Sequence record: SRR20825006_1863
DNA: 33,945 nucleotides
Strand: one strand, 5' to 3'
Of this stretch, positions 18,806 through 27,552 are shown piece by piece (position 1 is the first letter of the stretch; the number at the start of each line of letters is the position of its first letter). Position numbers and translations under genes: made by a program. The notes under the pieces were generated by a model. The model did not search any database and was not told the origin of the DNA. It saw nothing but the letters and a program-made list of their open reading frames with translations.

Positions 18806-20263
18806 ATGGCAACGGTTTCTCTCACGGACAACGCCCTGTTCCGCCAACAGTGCTACATCAATGGCCAGTGGTGTGATGCTGACGACGGCGCCACTTTTAC
18901 GGTCGATAACCCGGCCAACGGCGAAGACATCGGTACCTCCCCCCGCATGGGCGAGGCCGAGACCCGCCGCGCCATCGACGCCGCCCATCAGGCGTTCCCC
19001 GGCTGGCGCGACAAGACCGCCGCCGAACGCGCCAACCTGCTGATGGCCTGGCACGACCTGATGATGGAGCACCAGGAAGATCTGGGGCGCCTGATGACCC
19101 TGGAGCAAGGCAAACCCCTCCCTGAAGCCAAAGGGGAAATCGCCTATTCAGCGTCTTTCCTGAAATGGTTTGCGGAAGAAGCGCGCCGGGCCTATGGCGA
19201 CACCATTCCCGCTTCCAAACCCGGCCAGCAGATCGTGGTGATCAAGCAGCCCATCGGGGTCACCGCCGCGATCACGCCCTGGAACTTTCCCTCCTCGATG
19301 ATTACCCGTAAAGCCGGGGCGGCATTGGCCGCAGGCTGCACCATGGTAGTCAAACCCGCCAGCGCCACCCCGTATTCCGCTCTGGCACTGGCTGAGCTGG
19401 CAGAGCGGGCCGGGATTCCCGCCGGTGTTTTCAACGTGATCACCGGCAGTGCCGGAGCTATTTCCACCGCGATTACCGACTCCCCTGTCGTCCGCAAGCT
19501 GAGCTTCACCGGCTCCACCGAAGTGGGCAGCCAGCTGATGGCCCAGTGCGCCAAACACATTCAGAAAGTCTCACTGGAGCTGGGTGGCAATGCCCCCTTC
19601 CTGGTGTTCGACGACGCCAACCTGGATAAAGCCGTGGAAGGCGCCATGGCCAGCAAATTTCGCAATACGGGCCAAACCTGCGTCTGTGTGAACCGTTTCC
19701 TGGTACAGGAAAGCATCCACGATGCCTTTGTGGAGAAATTCAAGGTCGCCATTGAAGCCATGAAAGTGGGCGATGGCTTTGACGAAGGCGTGTCCCAGGC
19801 CGCGCTGATCAACCGGGGCGCCTCCGACAAAGTCATGGAACATCTGGAAGATGCATTGGGCAAAGGCGCCCGAGTCATCACCGGCGGCCAGCGCCACGAA
19901 CGGGGCGGCAGCTTTGTGCAGCCGACATTGATCACCGACGTCTCCACCGATGCCCAGCTCTGTCAGGACGAAACCTTTGGTCCGCTGGCGGCCATCATTC
20001 CCTTTAAAACGGAAGAAGACGCCATCCGCATCGCCAACGACACCCCCTATGGGCTGGCAGCGTACTTCTACAGCGACAACATCCACCGCTGCTGGCGCGT
20101 GGCAGAAGCACTGGAAAGCGGCATGGTCGGCGTCAATGAAGGCCTGATATCCAACGCCACCGCACCGTTTGGCGGGGTCAAGGAATCCGGTCTGGGCCGC
20201 GAAGGCTCTCACCAGGGCATGGAAGAATACCTGGAAACGAAATACCTGTGCATGGGAAGTTAA
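18806..20263 (+). CDS. gabD: NAD(P)-dependent succinate-semialdehyde dehydrogenase family protein
   Basis: ITPWNFP, FTGSTEVG, LELGGNAP, GQTCVCVN (catalytic Cys), ETFGP, APFGGVKESGLGREGS; AAGGAG RBS. Exact substrate is uncertain. Confidence 0.9.
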   Translation: MATVSLTDNALFRQQCYINGQWCDADDGATFTVDNPANGEDIGTSPRMGEAETRRAIDAAHQAFPGWRDKTAAERANLLMAWHDLMMEHQEDLGRLMTLEQGKPLPEAKGEIAYSASFLKWFAEEARRAYGDTIPASKPGQQIVVIKQPIGVTAAITPWNFPSSMITRKAGAALAAGCTMVVKPASATPYSALALAELAERAGIPAGVFNVITGSAGAISTAITDSPVVRKLSFTGSTEVGSQLMAQCAKHIQKVSLELGGNAPFLVFDDANLDKAVEGAMASKFRNTGQTCVCVNRFLVQESIHDAFVEKFKVAIEAMKVGDGFDEGVSQAALINRGASDKVMEHLEDALGKGARVITGGQRHERGGSFVQPTLITDVSTDAQLCQDETFGPLAAIIPFKTEEDAIRIANDTPYGLAAYFYSDNIHRCWRVAEALESGMVGVNEGLISNATAPFGGVKESGLGREGSHQGMEEYLETKYLCMGS

Positions 20264-20266
20264 GAC

Positions 20267-20421
20267 GCTGCATGCAACACGCTTCACGCAACAACACGAG
20301 GCAATGCCTGTAATAACGCATACCCTCGAGCTTCGCGCATCAACGCGAGCACGCGGAGACAAGACGTGAAGCCAACACCACACGCAAGGCGCGTTGTTGC
20401 GTGCAGCGTGGAGCATGCTGC
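20267..20421. repeat. 155-bp bipartite heptamer-array element
   Basis: Left GCTGCAT GCAACAC GCTTCAC GCAACAA CACG; right CGCG TTGTTGC GTGCAGC GTGGAGC ATGCTGC; 91-bp spacer. Confidence 0.9.
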
Positions 20422-20437
20422 GTTAAAGGAGTTAAGG

Positions 20438-21589
20438 ATGACGAAACGGCTAAACATCGCCCTGCTCCCCGGCGACGGCATCGGCCCTGAAGTCATGGCC
20501 GTGGCCGAGCAGGCACTGACGCTGCTGATTGACCGCTTTCAGTTGCCGCTGTCCTACACCTCCTTCCCCTGGCCGTCCCACGCCTGGCATCAACAACACG
20601 GGCAGATGATGCCGGATGATGGCGTCGACCAGCTACGCGCTTTTGACGCTATTTTGTTGGGGGCACTCGGCGACCCGGGGCCACTGGATGATCCGGACCG
20701 TTTTGTGCTGCCCGACAGCATTTCTCTCTCGCCACTACTGGCGCTGCGCAAACAACTGGACCTGTGGGCCTGTGAGCGGCCAGCCCGCTGGCAACCCGGC
20801 GCGCCCCAATACCTCAGCGATCCACGCGCCAACGATGTGGACATGCTGGTGATTCGCGAAAACAGCGAAGGTGAGTACAGCAATCAGGGCGGCCGCCTGC
20901 GGGCTGGCACACCCCACGAGGTAGCCACCCAGGTAGAAGTGTTCACTGCCACCGCCACCGAACGGCTCATTCGCCATGCCTTTGAACGAGCCCGCCAACG
21001 GGCCGCCCAGCGCGATCTGCCGCGTCAGTTCAAAGACGAAAAAAACGCCCAGGTATGCCTGATCACCAAGCGCAACGCGCAACCTTTCTGGGGCGACCTG
21101 TACACCGAAACTTTCCTGCGCCTGGCTCGGGAATACCCGGACGTGGATACCCATCATGAACTGGTCGACGCCGCCTGCATGAAATTCGTGCAGTGCCCAT
21201 GGCGCTTCGATGTGGTGGTGGCCAGCAACCTGCACGGCGACATTCTCACCGATCTGGCTGCAGTGCTCTGCGGCGGCCCCGGGCTGGCCCCGTCCGCCAA
21301 CCTGAACCCGGCCGACAGCGACATCCCGGCGTTATTCGAACCGGTCCACGGCAGTGCCCCGGACATCGCCGGACAAAACCTGGCCGACCCCCGCGCCACC
21401 CTGCTCAGCCTCGCCATGACCCTGGAATGGCTCTCCCCTCACCACCCGGCTCTGAGCAATGCGGCACAACATCTGCATGACACCGTAAAGGCGGACCTGG
21501 CGAAAGAAGGAAACACGCCGGCACAGCATTCGCAAAAGAGTGGCACCCGGGAAACAGGACAACGGCTTTATGCATTGCTGGCCCCGTAG
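20438..21589 (+). CDS. Isocitrate/isopropylmalate dehydrogenase family, tartrate/D-malate dehydrogenase-like
   Basis: PGDGIGPEV, RENSEGEY, DVVVASNLHGDILTDL, FEPVHGSAPDIAG; ATG 20438 after AAGGAG (the ORF start at 20366 lies inside the repeat). Confidence 0.88.
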   Translation: MTKRLNIALLPGDGIGPEVMAVAEQALTLLIDRFQLPLSYTSFPWPSHAWHQQHGQMMPDDGVDQLRAFDAILLGALGDPGPLDDPDRFVLPDSISLSPLLALRKQLDLWACERPARWQPGAPQYLSDPRANDVDMLVIRENSEGEYSNQGGRLRAGTPHEVATQVEVFTATATERLIRHAFERARQRAAQRDLPRQFKDEKNAQVCLITKRNAQPFWGDLYTETFLRLAREYPDVDTHHELVDAACMKFVQCPWRFDVVVASNLHGDILTDLAAVLCGGPGLAPSANLNPADSDIPALFEPVHGSAPDIAGQNLADPRATLLSLAMTLEWLSPHHPALSNAAQHLHDTVKADLAKEGNTPAQHSQKSGTRETGQRLYALLAP

Positions 21590-21723
21590 CATCAGCCAGT
21601 AACGTCAATTCACCAGCGAGGCGTATTCCCACGCCCCGCGGGCACAGCGCTGCAAAGGTGGGCGACAAAACCAGCCACCCGCAGCAGGCAACGACGGCAA
21701 TGAGCAATGAGAAAGGAGGCACC

Positions 21724-22971
21724 ATGAGTCATTTGTCCCCCTTACTGGTACAGTCCAGCGGGATTTGCGCAGAGCGTGGCGAAGGTAGCTGGCTCTATGA
21801 TGAAAAAGGCAACCGCTGGCTGGACTTCACCTCCGGCATCGGCGTGACCTCCACCGGCCATTGCCACCCCAAAGTGGTCGCAGCAACCCAGGCCCAGGTG
21901 GGCAAACTGGTCCATGCCCAATACGCCACCGTCACCCACCCCAACATGCTGGCCCTCACCGACCGGCTCTATGAGCACCTGCCCAAGGGGCTTGATGCGG
22001 TGGCCTTTTCCAACTCCGGCAGTGAGTCCGTGGAAGCGGCCATTCGCCTGGCGCGACAGGCCACCGGCCGCACCAACCTCATCGCCTTTCGCGGCGGCTT
22101 CCACGGCCGCACCCTGGCCGCCGCCTCGCTAACCACCTCTACCAGCAAGGTACGGACTGGTTGGCAGCCGCTCATGGCCGGGGTCAGCATTGCACCATTT
22201 CCCCATGCTTACCGCTATAAGCAAGACATGGATCAGTGTGTCACCGACTGCCTCAACGAGCTGGATCATATCTTCGCCACCGAGTGCAACCCGGCCGACA
22301 CTGCCGCCATGATCATCGAGCCGGTACAGGGTGAGTACGGCTACTACCCTGCCTCTGCCGCCTTCATGAAGGGGCTGCGTGAGCGCTGTGACAAACATGG
22401 CATCCTGCTGATTGCCGATGAAATCCAGGCCGGTTTCGGGCGCACGGGCAAGTTCTGGAGCCACGAACATTTCGATGTAAAACCCGACATCATTGTCACC
22501 GCCAAGGGGCTGGCCAGCGGCTACCCGCTCTCCGCCATCGCCGCCAGCCGTGACCTGATGACCCATGGCTATCCCGGCTCACAGGGCGGCACCTACGGCG
22601 CCAACGCGGTGGCCTGCGCGGCGGCCCTGGCCACACTGGACGTCATTGAGGAAGAGCAACTGGTGCCTCGCGCCGACAAGCTCGGCCAGCAGCTGCTCAC
22701 CCACTTACAGGGCCTGCAAAAGCAGCATGACTGTATCGATGAAATTCGCGGCATGGGACTCATGCTGGGCCTGGAAATTGTCAGCGCCCCGCACACTCCC
22801 GATGGCGAGCGTGCTGGCAAGCTGCTCAAGCATTGCGAAAACAACGGCATGCTGATGCTGCGCTGCGGCACTCAGGGGCAAGTGGTACGCTGGTTGCCAC
22901 CGCTCACCGTCACCGAAGCGGAAATCGAAAAAGCGGTAGAACTGTTTGATGCCGCACTGAAAGAAACGTGA
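21724..22971 (+). CDS. Class III PLP aminotransferase (4-aminobutyrate aminotransferase-like)
   Basis: LDFTSGIGV..GHCHP, NSGSE.VE, FHGRT, EPVQGE, DEIQAGFGRTG, TAKG (PLP Lys), GGTYG; ATG after AAGGAGG. Confidence 0.92.
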   Translation: MSHLSPLLVQSSGICAERGEGSWLYDEKGNRWLDFTSGIGVTSTGHCHPKVVAATQAQVGKLVHAQYATVTHPNMLALTDRLYEHLPKGLDAVAFSNSGSESVEAAIRLARQATGRTNLIAFRGGFHGRTLAAASLTTSTSKVRTGWQPLMAGVSIAPFPHAYRYKQDMDQCVTDCLNELDHIFATECNPADTAAMIIEPVQGEYGYYPASAAFMKGLRERCDKHGILLIADEIQAGFGRTGKFWSHEHFDVKPDIIVTAKGLASGYPLSAIAASRDLMTHGYPGSQGGTYGANAVACAAALATLDVIEEEQLVPRADKLGQQLLTHLQGLQKQHDCIDEIRGMGLMLGLEIVSAPHTPDGERAGKLLKHCENNGMLMLRCGTQGQVVRWLPPLTVTEAEIEKAVELFDAALKET

Positions 22972-22976
22972 AGACA

Positions 22977-23126
22977 GCTACAAGCTTCAAGCCACAAGCG
23001 ACAACGCGGTTGAGCACTGTGCCATCCGAGGAACGTAGACACCACGCGCCAGGCAAAGGCGCGGCACAGAACCAGGGAAATGTCAGCCCTTTCCCGTGTT
23101 GCAGCTTAACGCTTGCGGCTTGTCGC
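22977..23126. repeat. 150-bp bipartite heptamer-array element (CAA-type arms)
   Basis: Left GCTACAA GCTTCAA GCCACAA GCGACAA CGCG; right CGTG TTGCAGC TTAACGC TTGCGGC TTGTCGC; 86-bp spacer. Confidence 0.9.
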
Positions 23127-23141
23127 TCATAAGGAGAACCA

Positions 23142-24113
23142 ATGACTGATACCGTTGTTACCGTGCTGCTAGCCGACGATGAACCCGCCCTGCCCGGTCT
23201 GGGATCCCTGGACGGCCTGGCCCGGGTTCAGGAAGCACGGACACCGGCGCAGTTAAAAAGCGCGCTACCGGAAACCGACATTCTGGTGGTCACCGATTTC
23301 CGCACCGGCCTGCTGGAAGAAGTGTGGCCGGATAACTGCCCGGTACGCTGGGTCCATGCCACCAGTGCGGGCGTGGATGCGCTGATGATCGATCCGATCA
23401 AGCACAGTGACATCGTGGTCACCAATGCCCGCGGTATTTTCGATCGCGGCATTGCCGAATATGTACTGGGCGCCTTGCTGATGTTTGCCAAGGACACACT
23501 GGGCAACCTGGCACTGAAGGAACAACACCGCTGGCAACACCGCGAAACCCGCATGTTGCGCGGCGCCAATGCATTGATCGTGGGCGCCGGCTCTATTGGC
23601 CGGGAAGTGGCCACGATACTCAGCGCCATGGGCATGAACGTAATCGGCACCGCCCGCCATGCGCGCCAGGACAGCGCCTTTGACCGGGTCCACAGGCAAC
23701 AGGATTTGCCCGCCCTGCTCGGCGACGCGGACTATGTGGTGATCACCGCACCACTGACACCGGACACCGACGGCCTCTTCGACGCCACCACCTTCCGGCA
23801 GATGAAGCCCGGCGCGGCTCTCGTCAACGTGGGGCGCGGCCCCATCGTGCGCACCGACGCCCTGGTGCAAGCCCTGCAACAGGGCCGGCTGGCTGGCGCG
23901 GCTCTGGATGTGTTCGAGGAGGAACCGCTGCCCGCCAATCACCCATTATGGAATCACCCCAAGGTGATGATCTCGGCCCACATGGCCGGGGACTTCATTG
24001 GCTGGCGCCAGGCACTGGGCCAGCAATTTGTCGATAACTTCCACCGCTGGCGCCGGGGTCAGCCACTGGACAACCCGGTCAGCAAGGAACACGGCTATGT
24101 AACCAACCGGTGA
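23142..24113 (+). CDS. D-isomer-specific 2-hydroxyacid dehydrogenase
   Basis: SAGVD, TNARG, GAGSIG Rossmann motif, NVGRG, LDVFEEEPL, SAHMAG (Arg/Glu/His triad). Confidence 0.93.
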   Translation: MTDTVVTVLLADDEPALPGLGSLDGLARVQEARTPAQLKSALPETDILVVTDFRTGLLEEVWPDNCPVRWVHATSAGVDALMIDPIKHSDIVVTNARGIFDRGIAEYVLGALLMFAKDTLGNLALKEQHRWQHRETRMLRGANALIVGAGSIGREVATILSAMGMNVIGTARHARQDSAFDRVHRQQDLPALLGDADYVVITAPLTPDTDGLFDATTFRQMKPGAALVNVGRGPIVRTDALVQALQQGRLAGAALDVFEEEPLPANHPLWNHPKVMISAHMAGDFIGWRQALGQQFVDNFHRWRRGQPLDNPVSKEHGYVTNR

Positions 24114-24148
24114 GCCCGCCGCGACGGGCCACCCCAGGAGGATCGTCG

Positions 24149-25555
24149 ATGAGTAAGGAATTACTGACCATGAGCGCTCAGGCGCTGAAAGCCGCTTACC
24201 AGACCGGCGCCCTGTCACCTGTGGAGGTGTGTAACACCCTGCTGGACCATGTTGAACGTCATGATGAGGCACTCAACGCCTGGTGTCTGATCGACCGTGA
24301 TACCACCCTGCAATGGGCCCGTGAAGCCGAACAGCGATACCAGAACGGCAACGCTAACGGCTTGCTCGATGGCGTGCCGGTGGCAGTCAAAGACGTCTTC
24401 CTTACCCCCATGTGGCCCACCCTGAAAGGATCGAAAACCATCGATCCCGCCAGCACCCTGGAGAAACGCTCCCCGGCCGTCGCCGCGCTGGAACGCCACG
24501 GGTATGTGCCTCTGGGCAAGACCACCACCCCCGAATTTGGCTGGAAAGGGATTACCGACAGCCCCCTGTGTGGCCCCACCAACAACCCCTGGGATCCGAG
24601 CAAAACCGCCGGGGGCAGCAGTGGTGGCAGCGCGGCCGCGGTGTCTGCCGGCATGGCGCCCATGGCGCTGGGCACCGATGCGGGCGGCTCCATTCGCATT
24701 CCCGCCGGGTTTTGCGGCATCGTCGGCCACAAGCCCACGTTCAGCGAAGTCCCCCACTGGCCAGCCAGCCCCTTCGGCACCCTGGCCCACGCCGGGCCCA
24801 TGACTCGCACCGTGGCCGACGCCGCACTGATGATGACTGTCATGAGCGAAGCCGATGCCCGCGACAGCCTGGCCGCGCCACGCCGTGGCATTGATTATGT
24901 GGCCGCCCTGCAGCAGCCCATCAAAGGCCTGCGCATCGCCCTGAGCACCACCCTGGGTTATGCCGATGTGAATCCGGAAATCGAGAAAGCCACCCGCGAA
25001 GCCGCCCGGGTTTTCGAGTCACTGGGCGCCACCGTCAGTGAAGTCGACCCGGGATTCAGCAACCCGCTGGCCGCCTTCAGCCACCTGTTCTATAGCGGGG
25101 CGGCCAATGCCATGCGCGACCTGGGCGAGCGCCAGCGTAGCCTGATGGACCCAGCCCTGGTCGAAGTGGCCACCAAGGCAGAAAAGCTGAGTATGCTGGA
25201 TTATCTGGGCGCCATGAACGAGCGCATGGCAGTGAGCGAGCGCATGGCGGTATTCCATACGAAATACGACTTGCTGATCACCCCCTGCCTGCCCATCGAA
25301 GCCTTCGACACCAACCGGGAAGTGCCAGTGGACTGGCCCAGCACCCGCTGGCCAACGTGGACGCCGTTCACTTATCCCTTCAACCTGACCGGCCAGCCGG
25401 CACTGTCTGTGCCGCTGGGACTCAGCAGCAACGGTTTGCCCATGGCGCTACAAATTGTCGGCGCCCGTTTCGACGATGCCCGGGTACTTGCCGCCGGCCA
25501 CGCCTTTGAACAGGCCCAGCCGTTTAACCAGTTACCACCGATGCTGCACAACTAG
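24149..25555 (+). CDS. Amidase signature family amidohydrolase
   Basis: VAVKD (Lys), GGSSGGS, GTDAGGSIRIPA (Ser nucleophile), FNLTGQPALS; ATG 24149 after AGGAGG. Confidence 0.93.
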   Translation: MSKELLTMSAQALKAAYQTGALSPVEVCNTLLDHVERHDEALNAWCLIDRDTTLQWAREAEQRYQNGNANGLLDGVPVAVKDVFLTPMWPTLKGSKTIDPASTLEKRSPAVAALERHGYVPLGKTTTPEFGWKGITDSPLCGPTNNPWDPSKTAGGSSGGSAAAVSAGMAPMALGTDAGGSIRIPAGFCGIVGHKPTFSEVPHWPASPFGTLAHAGPMTRTVADAALMMTVMSEADARDSLAAPRRGIDYVAALQQPIKGLRIALSTTLGYADVNPEIEKATREAARVFESLGATVSEVDPGFSNPLAAFSHLFYSGAANAMRDLGERQRSLMDPALVEVATKAEKLSMLDYLGAMNERMAVSERMAVFHTKYDLLITPCLPIEAFDTNREVPVDWPSTRWPTWTPFTYPFNLTGQPALSVPLGLSSNGLPMALQIVGARFDDARVLAAGHAFEQAQPFNQLPPMLHN

Positions 25556-25636
25556 GCGCTCGGCGGTGCGCACAGGACTATCGCTTAGTGTCAGGCGTCC
25601 AGCGCCTGGCATCCGGCCTTTGATAAGGAGCAGATA

Positions 25637-26842
25637 ATGGGAAACAGCAATCTGGACACGGATTTCTACGAAAGCGAAGACCCGATCTGGAACCCGGCCT
25701 TGCTGACCATTCCGGTGCCGGGCATCCGCCGCATGGTGAATCTGGCTGCGGATCTGGACGATGTCATTCACCTGTCCATCGGCCAGCCGGACTTCAAGCC
25801 GCCGGAACACGTCATTCAGGCTGGGGTGGATGCGCTCTACGCCGGCCAGACCGGTTACACCATGGATGCCGGTTTGCCGGAACTGCTGGAATCATTGGCG
25901 GAGTATTACAGCAAGCGCTACCAACGCACCCTCGTGCCGGAAAACTTCATGGTGACCACCGGTGCCACCGAAGCCCTGTATCTGGCGCTAACAGCGACCT
26001 CGGCGCCCGGCCGGGAGTTCATCGTGCCGGACCCGTCTTTCATGCTTTACGGGCCGCTGATTCGCATGAATGGCGGCATTGTGCGCAGCATTGCCACCCG
26101 CGCAGAGAACAATCATCAACTGGATCCCCAGGAAGTGATTGATGCCATGGGGCCAAACACCTTTGCGGTGATCCTTAACTCGCCCAGCAACCCCACGGGC
26201 ACCATTTACCCACGGGAGACCATCGAGGCAATCGTCGAGGAGGCAGCCTACCGCGGCATCCATGTGATCAGCGACGAGGTCTATGACCACCTGATCTACG
26301 ACGGAAAACATTACCCCAGCGTACTGTCCAGCTGCCCGGATCTGGACCACGTCATGGTGATCAGCAGCTTCTCGAAAACCTTCTCCATGGCCGGCATGCG
26401 TGTCGGCTGGCTAATTGGTAGCCAAGGGGCCATCAAAAAACTGCGGCGCTACCACATGTTCACCACCACGGTCGCCAATACGCCCTGCCAATGGGCCGGC
26501 GTAGCGGCGCTGCGTGGCAGCAATCAGTTTATCGATAACATGGTGGAAGAATATCAACGCCGACGGGACCGGCTGGTGGAATTGGTGGAACAGACGCCTC
26601 ACCTCACCGGCTACAAACCGGACGGCGCTTTCTATCTGTTTCCCTCATTACCGGAAGGTGTCGACGGGGCTAACGTGGCCCTGAAACTGTTACGCGAAAC
26701 CGGCGTCTGCACCATTTCCGGCGATACCTTTGGGGACGCCGGGCGCAATGCCCTGCGTATCAGCTACTCCACCTCGCTGGATCAGATCGAAGAAGCCTTC
26801 AAACGGATCATTCCCTGGATGGAGAAACAAAACTTCAGTTAA
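25637..26842 (+). CDS. Class I/II PLP-dependent aminotransferase
   Basis: IGQPDF, NSPSNPTG, SDEVY, SFSKTFSMAGMRVG, GAFYLF, LRISY; AAGGAG RBS. Confidence 0.93.
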   Translation: MGNSNLDTDFYESEDPIWNPALLTIPVPGIRRMVNLAADLDDVIHLSIGQPDFKPPEHVIQAGVDALYAGQTGYTMDAGLPELLESLAEYYSKRYQRTLVPENFMVTTGATEALYLALTATSAPGREFIVPDPSFMLYGPLIRMNGGIVRSIATRAENNHQLDPQEVIDAMGPNTFAVILNSPSNPTGTIYPRETIEAIVEEAAYRGIHVISDEVYDHLIYDGKHYPSVLSSCPDLDHVMVISSFSKTFSMAGMRVGWLIGSQGAIKKLRRYHMFTTTVANTPCQWAGVAALRGSNQFIDNMVEEYQRRRDRLVELVEQTPHLTGYKPDGAFYLFPSLPEGVDGANVALKLLRETGVCTISGDTFGDAGRNALRISYSTSLDQIEEAFKRIIPWMEKQNFS

Positions 26843-26853
26843 GAATAGCCACT

Positions 26854-26898
26854 AAAAAAGCAGGCCGGCTTGGGCGTATCAGCACCCAACCGGCCCGC
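26854..26898 (-). terminator. Probable terminator between convergent genes
   Basis: On -: GCGGGCCGGTTGGGTG-ctgata-CGCCCAAGCCGGCCTGC followed by TTTTTT. Confidence 0.7.
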
Positions 26899-26963
26899 GA
26901 TCGTCCTGAGTCCAATGCCGGATTACGACTACACCTGATTCGGCCCCATACCGGCTTTTTCGA

Positions 26964-27476
26964 TTACGGTTTCTGCGCATCTTTTTGTGCATCTGCCTGG
27001 GCCAGTTCCGCTTCCATATCGGAAAACATCTGCTGCAGGGACGGCATCACATGCTGCATCTGACGCTGGGAAATCTGTACCGATTCAGCCATTACCTGGG
27101 GCATTTTTTTCATGATCGCCCGCCCACTTTTCGACTGATAAAACTCGGCCATGTCCCGCAGCTCCTGCAGGGAAAAGGTACGCTGATAAATCGCCAGCAT
27201 CTGCTCTTCCATGGCGCCCCAGTCCAACCCCTCCTCAAGAATGGTCTGCACCCGTGCGGTATAGCGCTCCATCATGGCCGTGTTATCAGCCGGGATGGTC
27301 TGCGTCAGAGCCTGATCGGTCATGCCTTCAATCTGTCGCCGGGCCTCACTGAAAATGGCTTTGGCATTACTGGCTTCCAGCACCTCTTTGGCGGCAGCCG
27401 TCTTGTCCGCCTGTTCCGATGCCTGTGCGGTTACCGACAGGAAAGACAGCAACAGTACGATCAGTATTTTTTTCAT
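26964..27476 (-). CDS. Exported DUF2059-like protein
   Basis: Signal peptide MKKILIVLLLSFLSVTAQA; IY..TFS.QEL..M.EFYQS.SGR....KMP pattern; GGAG RBS. Confidence 0.8.
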   Translation of the reverse strand: MKKILIVLLLSFLSVTAQASEQADKTAAAKEVLEASNAKAIFSEARRQIEGMTDQALTQTIPADNTAMMERYTARVQTILEEGLDWGAMEEQMLAIYQRTFSLQELRDMAEFYQSKSGRAIMKKMPQVMAESVQISQRQMQHVMPSLQQMFSDMEAELAQADAQKDAQKP

Positions 27477-27521
27477 GATTATCTCCAACATTGCGGTGCC
27501 AACACCGCCAGCCTGAAAAGC

Positions 27522-27550
27522 AAAAAGGCCGTGACGAATCACGGCCTTTT
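27522..27550 (-). terminator. Intrinsic terminator after secF
   Basis: AAAAAGGCCGTGA-cgaa-TCACGGCCTTTT (UUCG loop on -). Confidence 0.9.
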
Positions 27551-27552
27551 AC

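Noticed and set aside
20366-20437. ORF-track N-terminal extensions (also at hemA, suhB, rplY, secD, tgt, RDD, moeB)
   Set aside because: Family homology, and in most cases RBS position, point to downstream starts; several extensions merely translate repeat arms, promoters or tRNA sequence.
13126-23126. Repeat-spacer-repeat units as CRISPR arrays or integron attC sites
   Set aside because: Arms are inverted and dispersed rather than direct tandem repeats; no cas or integrase gene is present; no RYYYAAC/GTTRRRY attC ends are consistently seen.
24149-25555. Second gatA copy
   Set aside because: Shares only the amidase signature; lacks the GatA-specific RFDG and GYYDAYY regions and has no gatB/gatC neighbours.
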